Notes: generated by a model from the letters alone, not told the origin. A stretch of 64,000 nucleotides of DNA from Pseudomonadota bacterium (GCA_030271615.1 JARXKP010000001.1:5743-69742), one strand, 5' to 3'. Shown: positions 19,779 through 29,826, numbered from the stretch's first letter. Made by a program: numbers and translations.

Positions 19779-22176
19779 ATTCGACCGAATGAACCGCAAT
19801 ACAGATACTCAAAAACGGCGAGCGCGCATCCTGATGTACACGGCCTACTTCGAGCCGGAGTACAGCGGGGCCGCGCTGCAGGGGCTGACGCTGGCCAAAG
19901 AGTTGCGCCGGCGTGGACATCACATCGAATTCGTCACCAACCGATGGTCCGGATTGGGTGACAAGGCTGAGGTGGACGGCTTTGCGGTACAGAGGCTGGA
20001 ACCCGGCCGCATGCGCAAGCACCGTGAGTTTCGGCTCTGGTTCAACTTGGCCCGATATGTTTGGGCACGCCGCAGAGACTTTGACATCTTGCACAGCCAT
20101 GGCGCCTATTTCACCAATGCCTTCATAGGCCCGCTCGCGCGCATGCTGGGCCTGAAATCACTGATCAAGGCCAGTTTGGCCGATGACGACTTGCAGGGGT
20201 TGTACCGCCCCATCGTTGGCAGGCTTCATCGACTCATGCTTCGCGGAATAGATGCCTACGTGGCCATCAGCCAGGATCTGGTGGACGAGTTCCGCGCAGG
20301 CGGATTGCAGGCAAACAAGATTCATCACCTTCCCAACGGAGTTGACACCGATCGCTTCCACGCAGCAACGCCACAGGAGGTCGCATCAATTCGAGCCGAA
20401 CTGATGCTGCCAAGCGACCAACCGATCGCGTTGTACGTGGGCGTGCTGGATCAGCGCAAGAACATCCTGTGGTTGGCTGACCAATGGATACGCAATGACG
20501 CCTTCGGCACCGGCGCACTGCTGCTGGCTGTCGGTCCGCAAGGACGCGACGACGCGGAAGGCCATTTGCGAGCTCGGCTCGCTGAACTGGCCAGCGCCCA
20601 CCCGAAGCGCTTCGCACTCCACGATTTCCACGCCGACGTCACGCCGTACTACCAATGCGTTGACCTTCTGCTGCTGCCGTCAGCCAAGGAGGGCCTGCCG
20701 AACGTGGTGCTGGAAGCGATGGCCTGCGGTCTGCCCTGTATCGCAGCGAAGGCCAGTGGCAGCCGCGAATTGATCGTTGAAGGCGAGACGGGCTACACCT
20801 ACGCTCCAGCGGACATTGCTGAACTGGCCATGGCGGTGAAGCGCTGCCTGTCAAGCCTTGGCGCCGGCATGGGTGCAAAAGCCCGGCGCCTTGCCGAAGA
20901 TCGCTACTCCATCGTCAGCATCGCCAACCAGTACGAGGCCATCTATGCCCGACTTCTGGGTATCGAAAAACGAATCCTGTATGTAGAAAATGGAATCGGT
21001 TATGGTGGTGCAATAATATGCTTGCGCCACTTGGTTCGAAATATAGATAGATCCATGTTCGAACCGATGGTTATTACCGGATTGGGCGATAATAAATACC
21101 AGGAAATCGCAAATGAGGCCCGCTGGAAACATATTCCAGACAAGAGAATAGACATTATTTCCATGAAACGACGGCTCAGTACATTGACCTGGCCTGATAA
21201 ATTTCCAGGGTTGCGCTGGGCCATCAATCAAGTCTTGTCAAGGCTCGATGATCTTGTCAATTTCTTGCCGTCACTTATTCAAACCCTTTGGACAGTCTTA
21301 CGATTTAAGCCTGATCTCATACACGTCAACAACGAGCCTTTATGCAACAGAGCGGCCGTACTGGCAGGAAAACTGCTCAATATCCCCGTGGTTTCCCATG
21401 TGCGTGGCGACCAGCAGGGCTCGTTGATGATGCGTTCTTTTTTCAAATTACCAGATTATTTCATTGCAGTTTCCCAATGGGTTTCTGAGAGCATTGGTCG
21501 CATCGGGGTTTCGGAGCAAAAACGCACCTTCATTTATGATGGCATCGAACTTGAAAAACTGAATCTGCATGCTGATGGCGAAGCATTCCGTCATTTCCAT
21601 GGAATACTACAAAATAGTTTTGTCATCGGCTTGGTCGGTTTGCTCATCCCCTGGAAAGGGCAAAAGCTTTTCCTGGAAGCCATCAGACCATTGGCGCACC
21701 AAATTCCAGATGCCATTTTTGCCATTGTCGGCGGAACACCTGATGAATTCAGATACTTTGAGTCTGAGCTGCGAGAACTGGCCGATGAACCAATCTTGAG
21801 AGGACGCGTTGTCTTTACCGGGCATGTCAGTGATATGGCAAGCGTATATAACGGGTTGAATGTAATAGTTTCAGCCTCGATATCTCCGGAGCCACTGGGT
21901 ACGATGATCATCGAAGCAATGACCATGGCCAGACCGATCATCGCTCCTGATCATGGTGGGGCAGTCGAAATGATTGAAAATGGAAAAACTGGACTTCTCT
22001 TCAGGCCAGGAGATGCTCATGACTTGGCATCGAAAATTAGCCTATTACGGAATGACATCGAGCTTTGCAAAGCAATTGGCCAGTCGGCCCGACTTCACGC
22101 ACTGAAAGTATTTTCAATCAGCGAACATGTGCGCCAAGTACAGAAGGTATATAAAAAAATACTGGGAAATAATTAG
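19762..22176 (+). CDS. bifunctional glycosyltransferase: two complete GT4 (GT-B) modules fused in frame
   Basis: 804 aa. Module 1 (~1-395) has EGLPNVVLEAMACGLPCIAAKASGSRELIVEGETG. Module 2 (~400-804) has EPLGTMIIEAMTMARPIIAPDHGGAVEMIENGKTG. Junction reads ..YARLLGIEKRILYVENG... Start could be an internal Met (19789). Confidence 0.8.
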   Translation: MANYTEFDRMNRNTDTQKRRARILMYTAYFEPEYSGAALQGLTLAKELRRRGHHIEFVTNRWSGLGDKAEVDGFAVQRLEPGRMRKHREFRLWFNLARYVWARRRDFDILHSHGAYFTNAFIGPLARMLGLKSLIKASLADDDLQGLYRPIVGRLHRLMLRGIDAYVAISQDLVDEFRAGGLQANKIHHLPNGVDTDRFHAATPQEVASIRAELMLPSDQPIALYVGVLDQRKNILWLADQWIRNDAFGTGALLLAVGPQGRDDAEGHLRARLAELASAHPKRFALHDFHADVTPYYQCVDLLLLPSAKEGLPNVVLEAMACGLPCIAAKASGSRELIVEGETGYTYAPADIAELAMAVKRCLSSLGAGMGAKARRLAEDRYSIVSIANQYEAIYARLLGIEKRILYVENGIGYGGAIICLRHLVRNIDRSMFEPMVITGLGDNKYQEIANEARWKHIPDKRIDIISMKRRLSTLTWPDKFPGLRWAINQVLSRLDDLVNFLPSLIQTLWTVLRFKPDLIHVNNEPLCNRAAVLAGKLLNIPVVSHVRGDQQGSLMMRSFFKLPDYFIAVSQWVSESIGRIGVSEQKRTFIYDGIELEKLNLHADGEAFRHFHGILQNSFVIGLVGLLIPWKGQKLFLEAIRPLAHQIPDAIFAIVGGTPDEFRYFESELRELADEPILRGRVVFTGHVSDMASVYNGLNVIVSASISPEPLGTMIIEAMTMARPIIAPDHGGAVEMIENGKTGLLFRPGDAHDLASKISLLRNDIELCKAIGQSARLHALKVFSISEHVRQVQKVYKKILGNN

Positions 22177-22195
22177 ATTTATATAAAATAAAACC

Positions 22196-23173
22196 GTGAC
22201 TTATCCATCTGTATCTGTAGTCATACCAACATACAATCGAGCGACATTCCTCGGTGCAGCCGTGGCGAGTATTCGCGCCCAGACCTATGCATGCGCGGAG
22301 ATTGTGATAGTCGACGATGGCTCGACTGACAATACGGCCGAAGTCATCAAAGAGCTTGGTGCAGGAATCAATTACATCCGGCAGGTCAATGCCGGCCCTG
22401 CTGCGGCGCGTAATCTGGGCATAAGCAGGGCAAGCGGTGATTTGATCGCCTTTCTGGACACGGACGACCGGTGGCTGCCCGACAAAATCGCTCTTCAGGT
22501 CGAGGTACTTCGCCGCGAACCATCGGTTGCGCTGGTATCGGCGGACATGGCGATCGAAGATGAGCGCGGCGTTCTTTGTGTAGCTTCCAACTTCGCCAGG
22601 CGTGGCCTCCAGACGTTTTTTCACGACCTAGATGGCCGTTCTGTCCCGGGCGCGCCGAGCATGATGCTGAAGATCAACTTCATCAACACAAGCGCAGTGC
22701 TTGCTCGACGCGACGTGCTATTGGCGATGAAGGGCTTCGATACTCGCCTCCGCTTCGGAGAGGATCTCGAACTGTGGCTGCGTATCGCGGCAAGGCACGG
22801 GGTGGCGTGCATACCGAGCGTGCAGGAAATTCGCGTGGAGCACGCCCATAATGTCACCAAATCCATCGAGCCTATGTTGTTCGGTTATGTACGACTCGCT
22901 GAAGTAATCCGCGAATGGGCCAGCGAGCAGATGCTGAACTGGGGACTGAATGCCAATCGGTATGTCGCTGAAAGCTTGTCTGATCTAGGTTACTGGTATT
23001 TTTCACAGAACCAGATGAAAGAGGCTCGCCACATGTTCATTCGCAGCCTGAGAGAACACCCAACGCTACGCGCATTCCTATATTTCGCCGCGTCCACAAT
23101 GCCACCATTTCTAATCAGTATAATTCGAAATTCCAAGTCAATAAAAAATAAAACTCTCTATATTAATAAATGA
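22196..23173 (+). CDS. glycosyltransferase family 2
   Basis: VSVVIPTYNRATFLGAAVASIRAQTY..IVIVDDGSTDNT..FLDTDDRWLPDK are the classic GT2 N-terminal motifs. Confidence 0.85.
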   Translation: MTYPSVSVVIPTYNRATFLGAAVASIRAQTYACAEIVIVDDGSTDNTAEVIKELGAGINYIRQVNAGPAAARNLGISRASGDLIAFLDTDDRWLPDKIALQVEVLRREPSVALVSADMAIEDERGVLCVASNFARRGLQTFFHDLDGRSVPGAPSMMLKINFINTSAVLARRDVLLAMKGFDTRLRFGEDLELWLRIAARHGVACIPSVQEIRVEHAHNVTKSIEPMLFGYVRLAEVIREWASEQMLNWGLNANRYVAESLSDLGYWYFSQNQMKEARHMFIRSLREHPTLRAFLYFAASTMPPFLISIIRNSKSIKNKTLYINK

Positions 23174-23211
23174 TCACCATCAATCCTCAACAAAAAGAAG
23201 GCGATGCCGGA

Positions 23212-23640
23212 TTATTTTAAAAATCCAGACAACATCTGCACTTGACTTTGAGCAGCTTTCACTTCGGGCATCAATGGACAAGTCGGAGACAAAAATTTCA
23301 CTGAGTATTCAATATCTCCCTTGGCTCTTGCCAAGTATTCACGACGCTGTTGCTTTGATCTGGAGGTATCAAGAGCTCGGTTAAGCAGCACCTTCCCGGG
23401 GCAAATATGATTTGCGTACACACCACAGACACCCATCGGTGAACGAATTCCACTTTGCCGAGAAAAATGACTGTCATATTGAGACCAGCAATATTTTGGC
23501 AGTTTGATTTTATCTGATATTGAAGGATCCCACCCTGGGTCCTTGTCATTACCGTCACGCTGCTGAGCGCACACCGAGCCGACAAGGCTTAGCGACATAG
23601 CCAACAAAGCAATGACACGCCTTAAATTTAATATATTCAT
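23212..23640 (-). CDS. secreted hypothetical protein
   Basis: 142 aa. Signal peptide MNILNLRRVIALLAMSLSLVGSVCA|QQ. Start overlaps the upstream stop (ATGA). No family recognised. Confidence 0.5.
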   Translation of the reverse strand: MNILNLRRVIALLAMSLSLVGSVCAQQRDGNDKDPGWDPSISDKIKLPKYCWSQYDSHFSRQSGIRSPMGVCGVYANHICPGKVLLNRALDTSRSKQQRREYLARAKGDIEYSVKFLSPTCPLMPEVKAAQSQVQMLSGFLK

Positions 23641-24509
23641 AGCAAATCACCTACACCAAATCTGTATGCAATTTCAGAAATATTGAAATTCATATCCATC
23701 TCTTCGCTCTTACTTTTTCCGCGTCGGTAGTCTTTCACTGTAATTACCGAGAAATGTTCCTTGGCAATCCATCGGTCACTGAATTCCTTTACTTGGCCAC
23801 CACAGAAGCGTTTCCAATATCTAACCCCACAGCCATGATCATCGTAGTAACGTGCTCGACGTTGCTGTTCTGATGAATTTGTCGGTGAGTTGGGATGCTC
23901 CTGAAATCCGCGCCACCAACCACAGCCGTTTTGATACTGGTTGTAGCTCGCACCTCGGGTTGTGCACCCCAGAACTTCCCAATATCGATGATATTTGGGG
24001 CGAAGCAAATTCCGAAGTCCCCCATACGTCTTGACCGCAGACATTTCGCCGTCTCTGAGGCGATCAAACACAGCAGCAGCGGCCATCATCTTTGCGCGAG
24101 GCAAGATCACATCGGCATGCCAGAAGGCAAGCCGATCAGCCCACCGGAAAACGAACTCCAGCGGCACGTGCTGGTACAGCACGCTGAGCTTGAGTTGTGC
24201 GTTGAAATCGATGGCCACCGCCCCAGGCACAAGTTCGGCAGGCGGTGCACCGCAGTTTGGATCCCATCCAACGACCGGCGTCCACCCCACCTCGGAGATC
24301 AGTTTCTGCTGAAGCAGGCACCACTGGTCGTTCATGTTCCAGCACAGCCAAGGCCGCTCGATACCGCGAATCGCGTCAGCCCAATGCGCGGCGGCAGACC
24401 GAACCTCATCTTCCGAGCGATCCCAGAATCGCCAGTGACCGGTCCCGTTCTTACCCGTCGTCTTGCCGACCTCCCATGAAGTCGGAACCTCTCCGCTAGT
24501 CGCTATCAA
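23637..24509 (-). CDS. hypothetical protein, Trp/Cys-rich, no recognised family
   Basis: 290-aa ORF with no signal peptide or TM. About 17 Trp, plus motifs such as FWHADVILP and GCGWWRGF. Translationally coupled to 23212..23640. Confidence 0.5.
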   Translation of the reverse strand: MIATSGEVPTSWEVGKTTGKNGTGHWRFWDRSEDEVRSAAAHWADAIRGIERPWLCWNMNDQWCLLQQKLISEVGWTPVVGWDPNCGAPPAELVPGAVAIDFNAQLKLSVLYQHVPLEFVFRWADRLAFWHADVILPRAKMMAAAAVFDRLRDGEMSAVKTYGGLRNLLRPKYHRYWEVLGCTTRGASYNQYQNGCGWWRGFQEHPNSPTNSSEQQRRARYYDDHGCGVRYWKRFCGGQVKEFSDRWIAKEHFSVITVKDYRRGKSKSEEMDMNFNISEIAYRFGVGDLL

Positions 24510-24544
24510 GAGGAATCCTCCATGTGCTGAAAAAAGAGTTCGCT

Positions 24545-25498
24545 TTATCGCGAGCCAACATCGTCATTTTCGGAGCCCCCTGCGGCGCTGCCGAAGCGCC
24601 GACTATTGAAATGCGCCATCTTTGCCAGAAGGCGAAGCGAAATCTCACGCGGTGCGAGCTCCGACGCAACCGAGTACGCACTGTATGCCCCGGCCCAGTC
24701 AGCCTGCTGTCGACAGAACCAGCCCAGAGTTCTTGCAGCGTCAAGCAACTCGTCTCGGAAAACTCGCCGCAATTGCTCATCAGGTCGACTTGCAACTTCG
24801 TCGCGCACGGACACGAGTGCCGCGAAGCGCCCATGCGCACGCCCAAACCCGTTGTTGGCCTCAATCGACACGCTGGCCGCATGTCGCCTATAACTGCCCA
24901 GAATCGCGCACAAGTACAGGATGGGGCCTTTGGCCGCCAGCTTGAGCCAAAGGCCATAGTCTTCTGCCTGCCTGATTCCGAGAGTGAAGCCTCCGGCGGA
25001 AACAAACGCCCCTCGTCGAACGATGGCCTGTGATGGAGAGAAGCAGTTGCTCGTTCTGCCCAGCACGAGACCCAGCAACACATCGCCCGACATCCAGCGG
25101 TTGTCCTCCGCATCCGACGCCAGGGTGATGGTCCCGTCGGCATCAATCAACCGGACCGAGTGGTACGCCGCCAAGCACCGCGGATGGGCCTGCATGAGGT
25201 CCACCATCGCCGCGAGTTTTCCGTTGTCCCACATATCATCGGCGTCCAGGAATGCAATCAGCTCGCCCTGAGCTGATGCCACGGCGAGATTTCGTGCTGC
25301 ACTGACGCCGCTGTTGCGCTGTGCGATGACACGAACCCGCGGCTCGTACATTGCCAGCAGTGCGCGGCTGCCGTCAGTGGATCCGTCGTCGACGACGATG
25401 ACCTCAAAGTGCTGATAGGTCTGCTTCAGCACGCTTTCGAGACACGCCGCAAGGTAGCGCTCACCGTTGTAGACCGGAATGACTACTGAGACGAGCAT
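24545..25498 (-). CDS. glycosyltransferase family 2
   Basis: MLVSVVIPVYNGERYLAACLESVLKQTY..VIVVDDGSTDGS..FLDADDMW. Start taken at the Met giving the canonical N-terminus (track ORF extends to 25531). Confidence 0.85.
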   Translation of the reverse strand: MLVSVVIPVYNGERYLAACLESVLKQTYQHFEVIVVDDGSTDGSRALLAMYEPRVRVIAQRNSGVSAARNLAVASAQGELIAFLDADDMWDNGKLAAMVDLMQAHPRCLAAYHSVRLIDADGTITLASDAEDNRWMSGDVLLGLVLGRTSNCFSPSQAIVRRGAFVSAGGFTLGIRQAEDYGLWLKLAAKGPILYLCAILGSYRRHAASVSIEANNGFGRAHGRFAALVSVRDEVASRPDEQLRRVFRDELLDAARTLGWFCRQQADWAGAYSAYSVASELAPREISLRLLAKMAHFNSRRFGSAAGGSENDDVGSR

Positions 25499-25586
25499 CG
25501 TGGCCCCTCGCGATCCGCAAGAACAATGCAACTGCTGCTGCGGGACCGGTCAAGAGTCCCGGACATGCCCGCGTAGATTCGTCGAC

Positions 25587-26432
25587 TCACGAATACCCCA
25601 GCCCCAAACGATGGCAGACGCGCCCGATCGTGTATCTCGCCATGGCACCGATAGAGCCGATGTTGCTGCCAAGAGCCATCTTTCGCCCGAGCACGCCAGC
25701 CGAATCAGTACCCGCCACGTCCAGTCGAAGAATACTGAACCGTTCCTGGCCCGGCCGATTGAACCCGGGCTTGGTGGAAAAGGCGGCCACATAGCCTGCC
25801 GCGTGCGCCGCCTTCTGTACCCGCGAGTCGTGTCGCCCAAATGGGTAGGCCAAATAAGGCGTCGGACGTTCCAGCAGATCTTCGATATCCCGGCGCGACC
25901 CTAGCAGTTCCTCCTCAAGCTGCGCATCCGAGAGCGTTGTCAAATCGAGGTGATGACGCGAATGGCTGTGGAAAGAGAAGCCCTCCCCGACCATCTCCGC
26001 GATCTGCATGCGATCGAGTAGCCGGTGCCGGCGCGACGACGGATTGTTCAGCTCGTCCCAGACATCCTCCTGGCCGATCAACTGCGTCACGAGAAACACA
26101 CTGGCCGTCCAGCCAAGCTTCAGAAGGACTGGCCGTGCATGCTCGTACACACCCTCAAAACCATCGTCAAATGTGAGCAGGAAACTTCCTGACGGTAACG
26201 CTGCGGTGCCGCCAACCCATTGCGCGAACTGCTCAATGCCGCAAGGCCGATAGCCCTTTGAGTGAAGCATGTGCATGTGCTGCGCAAAACGTTTGGGGGT
26301 GACGCAATAACGGCGTTCCCAGTCGTTCTCCGAGTCGCCGACGCGGTGATACATCAGCACGATCGCTCGTTCAGCGCTCGGCGAAGCTACTGGATCCTGA
26401 TCACTCATGAAATTGGAAGCGGGTCCTGACAT
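25587..26432 (-). CDS. polysaccharide deacetylase (NodB-homology, CE4) family protein
   Basis: IVLMYHRV, LLTFDDGFEGVYEHARPVL, SHSRHHLDL and YLAYPFG blocks are typical of CE4 deacetylases. Confidence 0.75.
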   Translation of the reverse strand: MSGPASNFMSDQDPVASPSAERAIVLMYHRVGDSENDWERRYCVTPKRFAQHMHMLHSKGYRPCGIEQFAQWVGGTAALPSGSFLLTFDDGFEGVYEHARPVLLKLGWTASVFLVTQLIGQEDVWDELNNPSSRRHRLLDRMQIAEMVGEGFSFHSHSRHHLDLTTLSDAQLEEELLGSRRDIEDLLERPTPYLAYPFGRHDSRVQKAAHAAGYVAAFSTKPGFNRPGQERFSILRLDVAGTDSAGVLGRKMALGSNIGSIGAMARYTIGRVCHRLGLGYS

Positions 26433-26552
26433 GGAGGCGAGCTGGCGTGCCGATCAAGTGTAGTGGTCGCCCATGGCCGCCGACCCTGCAACGGCCATGC
26501 GCTATTGCACAAATGGCGCGTCCATTTCCCCTGCCGCACCGCTCACCTTTGA

Positions 26553-27554
26553 TTGTGCGCAGAGCAGAATCTCCGGATGAAGCTTCTCAAAGACTTGCGC
26601 TATCGCTTGGAGATCGATCCTGCCGCGCTGCACCGCGTAGATACAGGTCGGCGTGCCATCGAGCAGCGCCTCGTCAGTGAGACCGACCGCCTGATCGGCG
26701 AGCTCGCCTCGCTTCGCAAGCTACCCGTCAAAGACCGGCAACTCGTGATGGGACTGTCCGCGAACTATGGCATCGCCGAATTGACGCCATTCGTCCTCTC
26801 GTTGCGCAACAGCGGTTACAACGGCGACATCGCGCTGCTGACGTATGGGTGCAACGCCGAAACCGCTGCGTTCCTCAGAGCCAATGCTGTGCAAATGGTG
26901 CCGTTCACGGGACTGGCGGCCATGCCGATGTCCATGAATTCCGCGCGCATGTTCCGCTACCTCGACTGGATGATCGAACTGTTTCTCAATGCCGCAGGCG
27001 AAGTCGACTACGGCCAGATCCTCTTGACGGACATCCGTGACGTTGTATTTCAGGGTCATCCGTTTCGACAAGCACCCAACGGCCGGGTTCTGTTCTTTCT
27101 GGAATCCGATCGCAAGATCGGCGAATGCCCGATCAATGCCGACTGGATGGTCCGTGCGTACGGCCAATCAACGCTGCAGGAGCTGGCGCAGCACCCTGTC
27201 TCCTGCGCCGGAACCGTCATGGGCACGCCAGATGGCCTGCTGGAGTACCTGTCCCACATGGTGCGCCACATCGTCGCCGTGCCCCCAGAACATCGGTTCT
27301 CGGGGGTTGATCAGGCGATCCACAACTACATCCTCGCCAAGCAGCTTGTTGGCGGGACGGTGGTCGTCGCCAATGGTCTTGCCGTGATGACCGTGCCGAG
27401 TTCCGTTCCCACTGGGATACGCCTGCTGGACAACGGCCTGATCGGCAATCCCGACGGGAGCGTCAGTGAGGTGGTGCATCAGTACGATCGTGATCCGGCC
27501 GTCAATGCAGCAGTGATCGCGCGGTACCAGATCCAGGGTTCAGCGGCTGCCTGA
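26553..27554 (+). CDS. hypothetical protein (possibly GT-A-like nucleotide-sugar transferase fold)
   Basis: 333-aa ORF, the only plus-strand gene between 23.2 and 63.3 kb. ILLTDIRDVVFQGHPF resembles a DxD-type segment, but no family is recognised. Start may be ATG 26577. Confidence 0.45.
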   Translation: MCAEQNLRMKLLKDLRYRLEIDPAALHRVDTGRRAIEQRLVSETDRLIGELASLRKLPVKDRQLVMGLSANYGIAELTPFVLSLRNSGYNGDIALLTYGCNAETAAFLRANAVQMVPFTGLAAMPMSMNSARMFRYLDWMIELFLNAAGEVDYGQILLTDIRDVVFQGHPFRQAPNGRVLFFLESDRKIGECPINADWMVRAYGQSTLQELAQHPVSCAGTVMGTPDGLLEYLSHMVRHIVAVPPEHRFSGVDQAIHNYILAKQLVGGTVVVANGLAVMTVPSSVPTGIRLLDNGLIGNPDGSVSEVVHQYDRDPAVNAAVIARYQIQGSAAA

Positions 27555-28499
27555 AGCCTTGGCGCCGTGGCCGTCCCGCGCTCCGACGATGGCGCGATAC
27601 AGCGGCCCAGGCAACACAGCAGGCAGCGCGTATTTCAGATCTTTCGGCTTGAGGTAGCCGGCGACCAGACAATCCCGAAACAGCGACTGCGCGCTGGCCA
27701 GGTCGCGTGACCAGAGTGCGTCGTAAGCGCACGACAGACCCTGTCGATACAGCGCTTCCCGTGTTTGCAGCTTGCCCAGACGACGCCGAATTTTCGGATG
27801 CTCGTCCAGAAAAGCCATCAGCGCTGCGCGCGTCTGGCGCACCACACGCACGACGTTCCCGGTGGCCTGCGTGCGTGTGCTGTCGTGGTGGTAGGACGCA
27901 AGCAACTCAGGCACCCTGATCAAGCGCCCGGTCGTGGCCATGCGCAGCCACATCAGGTAATCCTCGGCGACAGAGAAGCGCGGATCGAATCCACCCACAG
28001 AGCGCACCGCGTCACTGCGTGCCAGCGCAGCGTGAATCACCCAGGGGCATCGCTGCAACAGCAGCATGAACTTGTCCGGGAGTGCCTCGTAGTCGGGCGG
28101 CTCGTGCACCATCGGTTGGCGAGGGGGTTGGTGCAGATCTTCCCAGCCACAGTAAGCCACGACAGCATCGTCTTGCCGCGCCAGAGCACCGACCATGGAT
28201 TCCAGGAAGTTCGGCGCCCAGGTGTCATCCGAATCGAGAAAAGCGACGTAGGGGGTTTGGATCTCAACGAGCGCTCGGTTTCGCGCGGCACTGACCCCTG
28301 CATTCGACTGCCGGATCAGCTGGATGCGTGGATCAGCCATCTGCTGGATGACCGACGCGGTACCGTCCGTCGAGCCGTCGTCGACAGCAATCAAGGTCCA
28401 ATCCGGAAGACTCTGCGCCTGCACGCTGGCAATGCTTGCGGCAACGTGTCGGGCCGCGTTGAAGCAGGGCATCACGACCGATACGAGTGCAGCGTTCAT
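27540..28499 (-). CDS. glycosyltransferase family 2
   Basis: MNAALVSVVMPCFNAARHVAASIASVQAQS..LIAVDDGSTDGT..FLDSDDTW. The 3' end overlaps the convergent 26553..27554 by 15 nt. Confidence 0.85.
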   Translation of the reverse strand: MNAALVSVVMPCFNAARHVAASIASVQAQSLPDWTLIAVDDGSTDGTASVIQQMADPRIQLIRQSNAGVSAARNRALVEIQTPYVAFLDSDDTWAPNFLESMVGALARQDDAVVAYCGWEDLHQPPRQPMVHEPPDYEALPDKFMLLLQRCPWVIHAALARSDAVRSVGGFDPRFSVAEDYLMWLRMATTGRLIRVPELLASYHHDSTRTQATGNVVRVVRQTRAALMAFLDEHPKIRRRLGKLQTREALYRQGLSCAYDALWSRDLASAQSLFRDCLVAGYLKPKDLKYALPAVLPGPLYRAIVGARDGHGAKASGSR

Positions 28500-28509
28500 C
28501 GGCACCCGG

Positions 28510-29826
28510 TCAAGTACGCAGCGCACCTAACCGCCCACCCAGACGTGCCAGCAACCCGCGACGACCCCGCCCTTCTGCCGCGAGCACCCGGGCTTCGGCC
28601 TCAGCAATCTGCTGCATCAAGGCGCCCACCAGCGGCACCAACGATCGCCGTTCGTCTGCGCGATGGGAATCGATGCATTTGCGGGCAATCTCGATGAATC
28701 GTTGTGCAAAGGCTTCGCGCGAGAAGCGACGCTGCACCGTCAGCAGGGCTTGCGCTCCGATCCGTCGAGCGAAGTCCGGCTCCGAGAGAACCCTGTTCAC
28801 AGCCTCCGCCGCTGCCAGCTCGCCTCCCAACGGCACCAGCAAACCGTCCGTTTCGTGCGTGATGCATTCGCGTAGTCCGACACAAGCCATCGCGACGACT
28901 GGCCGACGCAGCGCCATGGCTTCGATCGAGGACATGCCCTGCCCTTCGAAGGCGGCAGTCGAAAGCACAACGTCACTTGCGCGGACAAGTCGGGGAATGT
29001 CATTGCGCGCACCGAGAAGCCGGACGCGTGCACCCAACGCCTTTTCCTCAATTTCCCGTTCAAGTGCAGCAAGGGCACCGGGCTCTTCGGGCGGACCGGC
29101 GATCAGGAAATATGCGCGCGGGTTGGACTTCAGCACGTGGGAAGCGACTCGCGCAAAGCTCGCGAAATCCTTCTGCGCGGAAATGCGGCCGACGCCCAGA
29201 ACCAGCTGCGCGTCGGCAGGCAATTCGAGCTCGTCCCTGAGCGGACGTTCGGAACGACCTGCACGGAGGGTCAAGTCAGCGATGTCGACACCACTGAAAA
29301 GGACATCGATGTGCTCGCGCGGCAAGCAGGCAGCGAACGAATCCGCCATGTCGTTCGATACCGCGATGACCCGAGAGCCCAGCGTTTGCAGCAGGGCTGC
29401 ATACCCAGGCAGATCGAGATGCGGCGTGTAACGAGCGTGGTCGATCTCGATGGGCGAATGAAGATGCCAGATCAGCGGAACCGACTGCATGGCTGCGGCC
29501 ACGGCGGCGTCCAGCATGTGCCCGGTATTCGCGTGAACGACCTCAATCTGCAACTGATCGATCAATTGGGCGATGACCTTCGATCTGCGAGCAGCGGCGG
29601 CAAAGAACTTGAGCCGAGCACGAGGAACCAGCGGCTCGCAGCAAGACAACGGTGCGTACGTCACCGCAACGCCCAGCCGATCGAGTTCGTCCCCGACCAC
29701 GCCGCGATCGGGCAACAGCGCGTGCACCTGCACTCCAGCGGCAACAAGTCCTTCGGTCAGCGTCAACGTGACCCGGTCAACGCCATTGGCGAGGTTGCTT
29801 CCGTGAAAAATCTGCAGCAAGCGCAT
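28510..29826 (-). CDS. glycosyltransferase family 4 with ~60-aa helical C-terminal tail
   Basis: MRLLQIFHGSNLANGVDRVTLTL.., EGQGMSSIEAMALRRPVVAMACVGLRECITHETDG (E-x7-E region). The tail is rich in A/E/R/L. Confidence 0.8.
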   Translation of the reverse strand: MRLLQIFHGSNLANGVDRVTLTLTEGLVAAGVQVHALLPDRGVVGDELDRLGVAVTYAPLSCCEPLVPRARLKFFAAAARRSKVIAQLIDQLQIEVVHANTGHMLDAAVAAAMQSVPLIWHLHSPIEIDHARYTPHLDLPGYAALLQTLGSRVIAVSNDMADSFAACLPREHIDVLFSGVDIADLTLRAGRSERPLRDELELPADAQLVLGVGRISAQKDFASFARVASHVLKSNPRAYFLIAGPPEEPGALAALEREIEEKALGARVRLLGARNDIPRLVRASDVVLSTAAFEGQGMSSIEAMALRRPVVAMACVGLRECITHETDGLLVPLGGELAAAEAVNRVLSEPDFARRIGAQALLTVQRRFSREAFAQRFIEIARKCIDSHRADERRSLVPLVGALMQQIAEAEARVLAAEGRGRRGLLARLGGRLGALRT

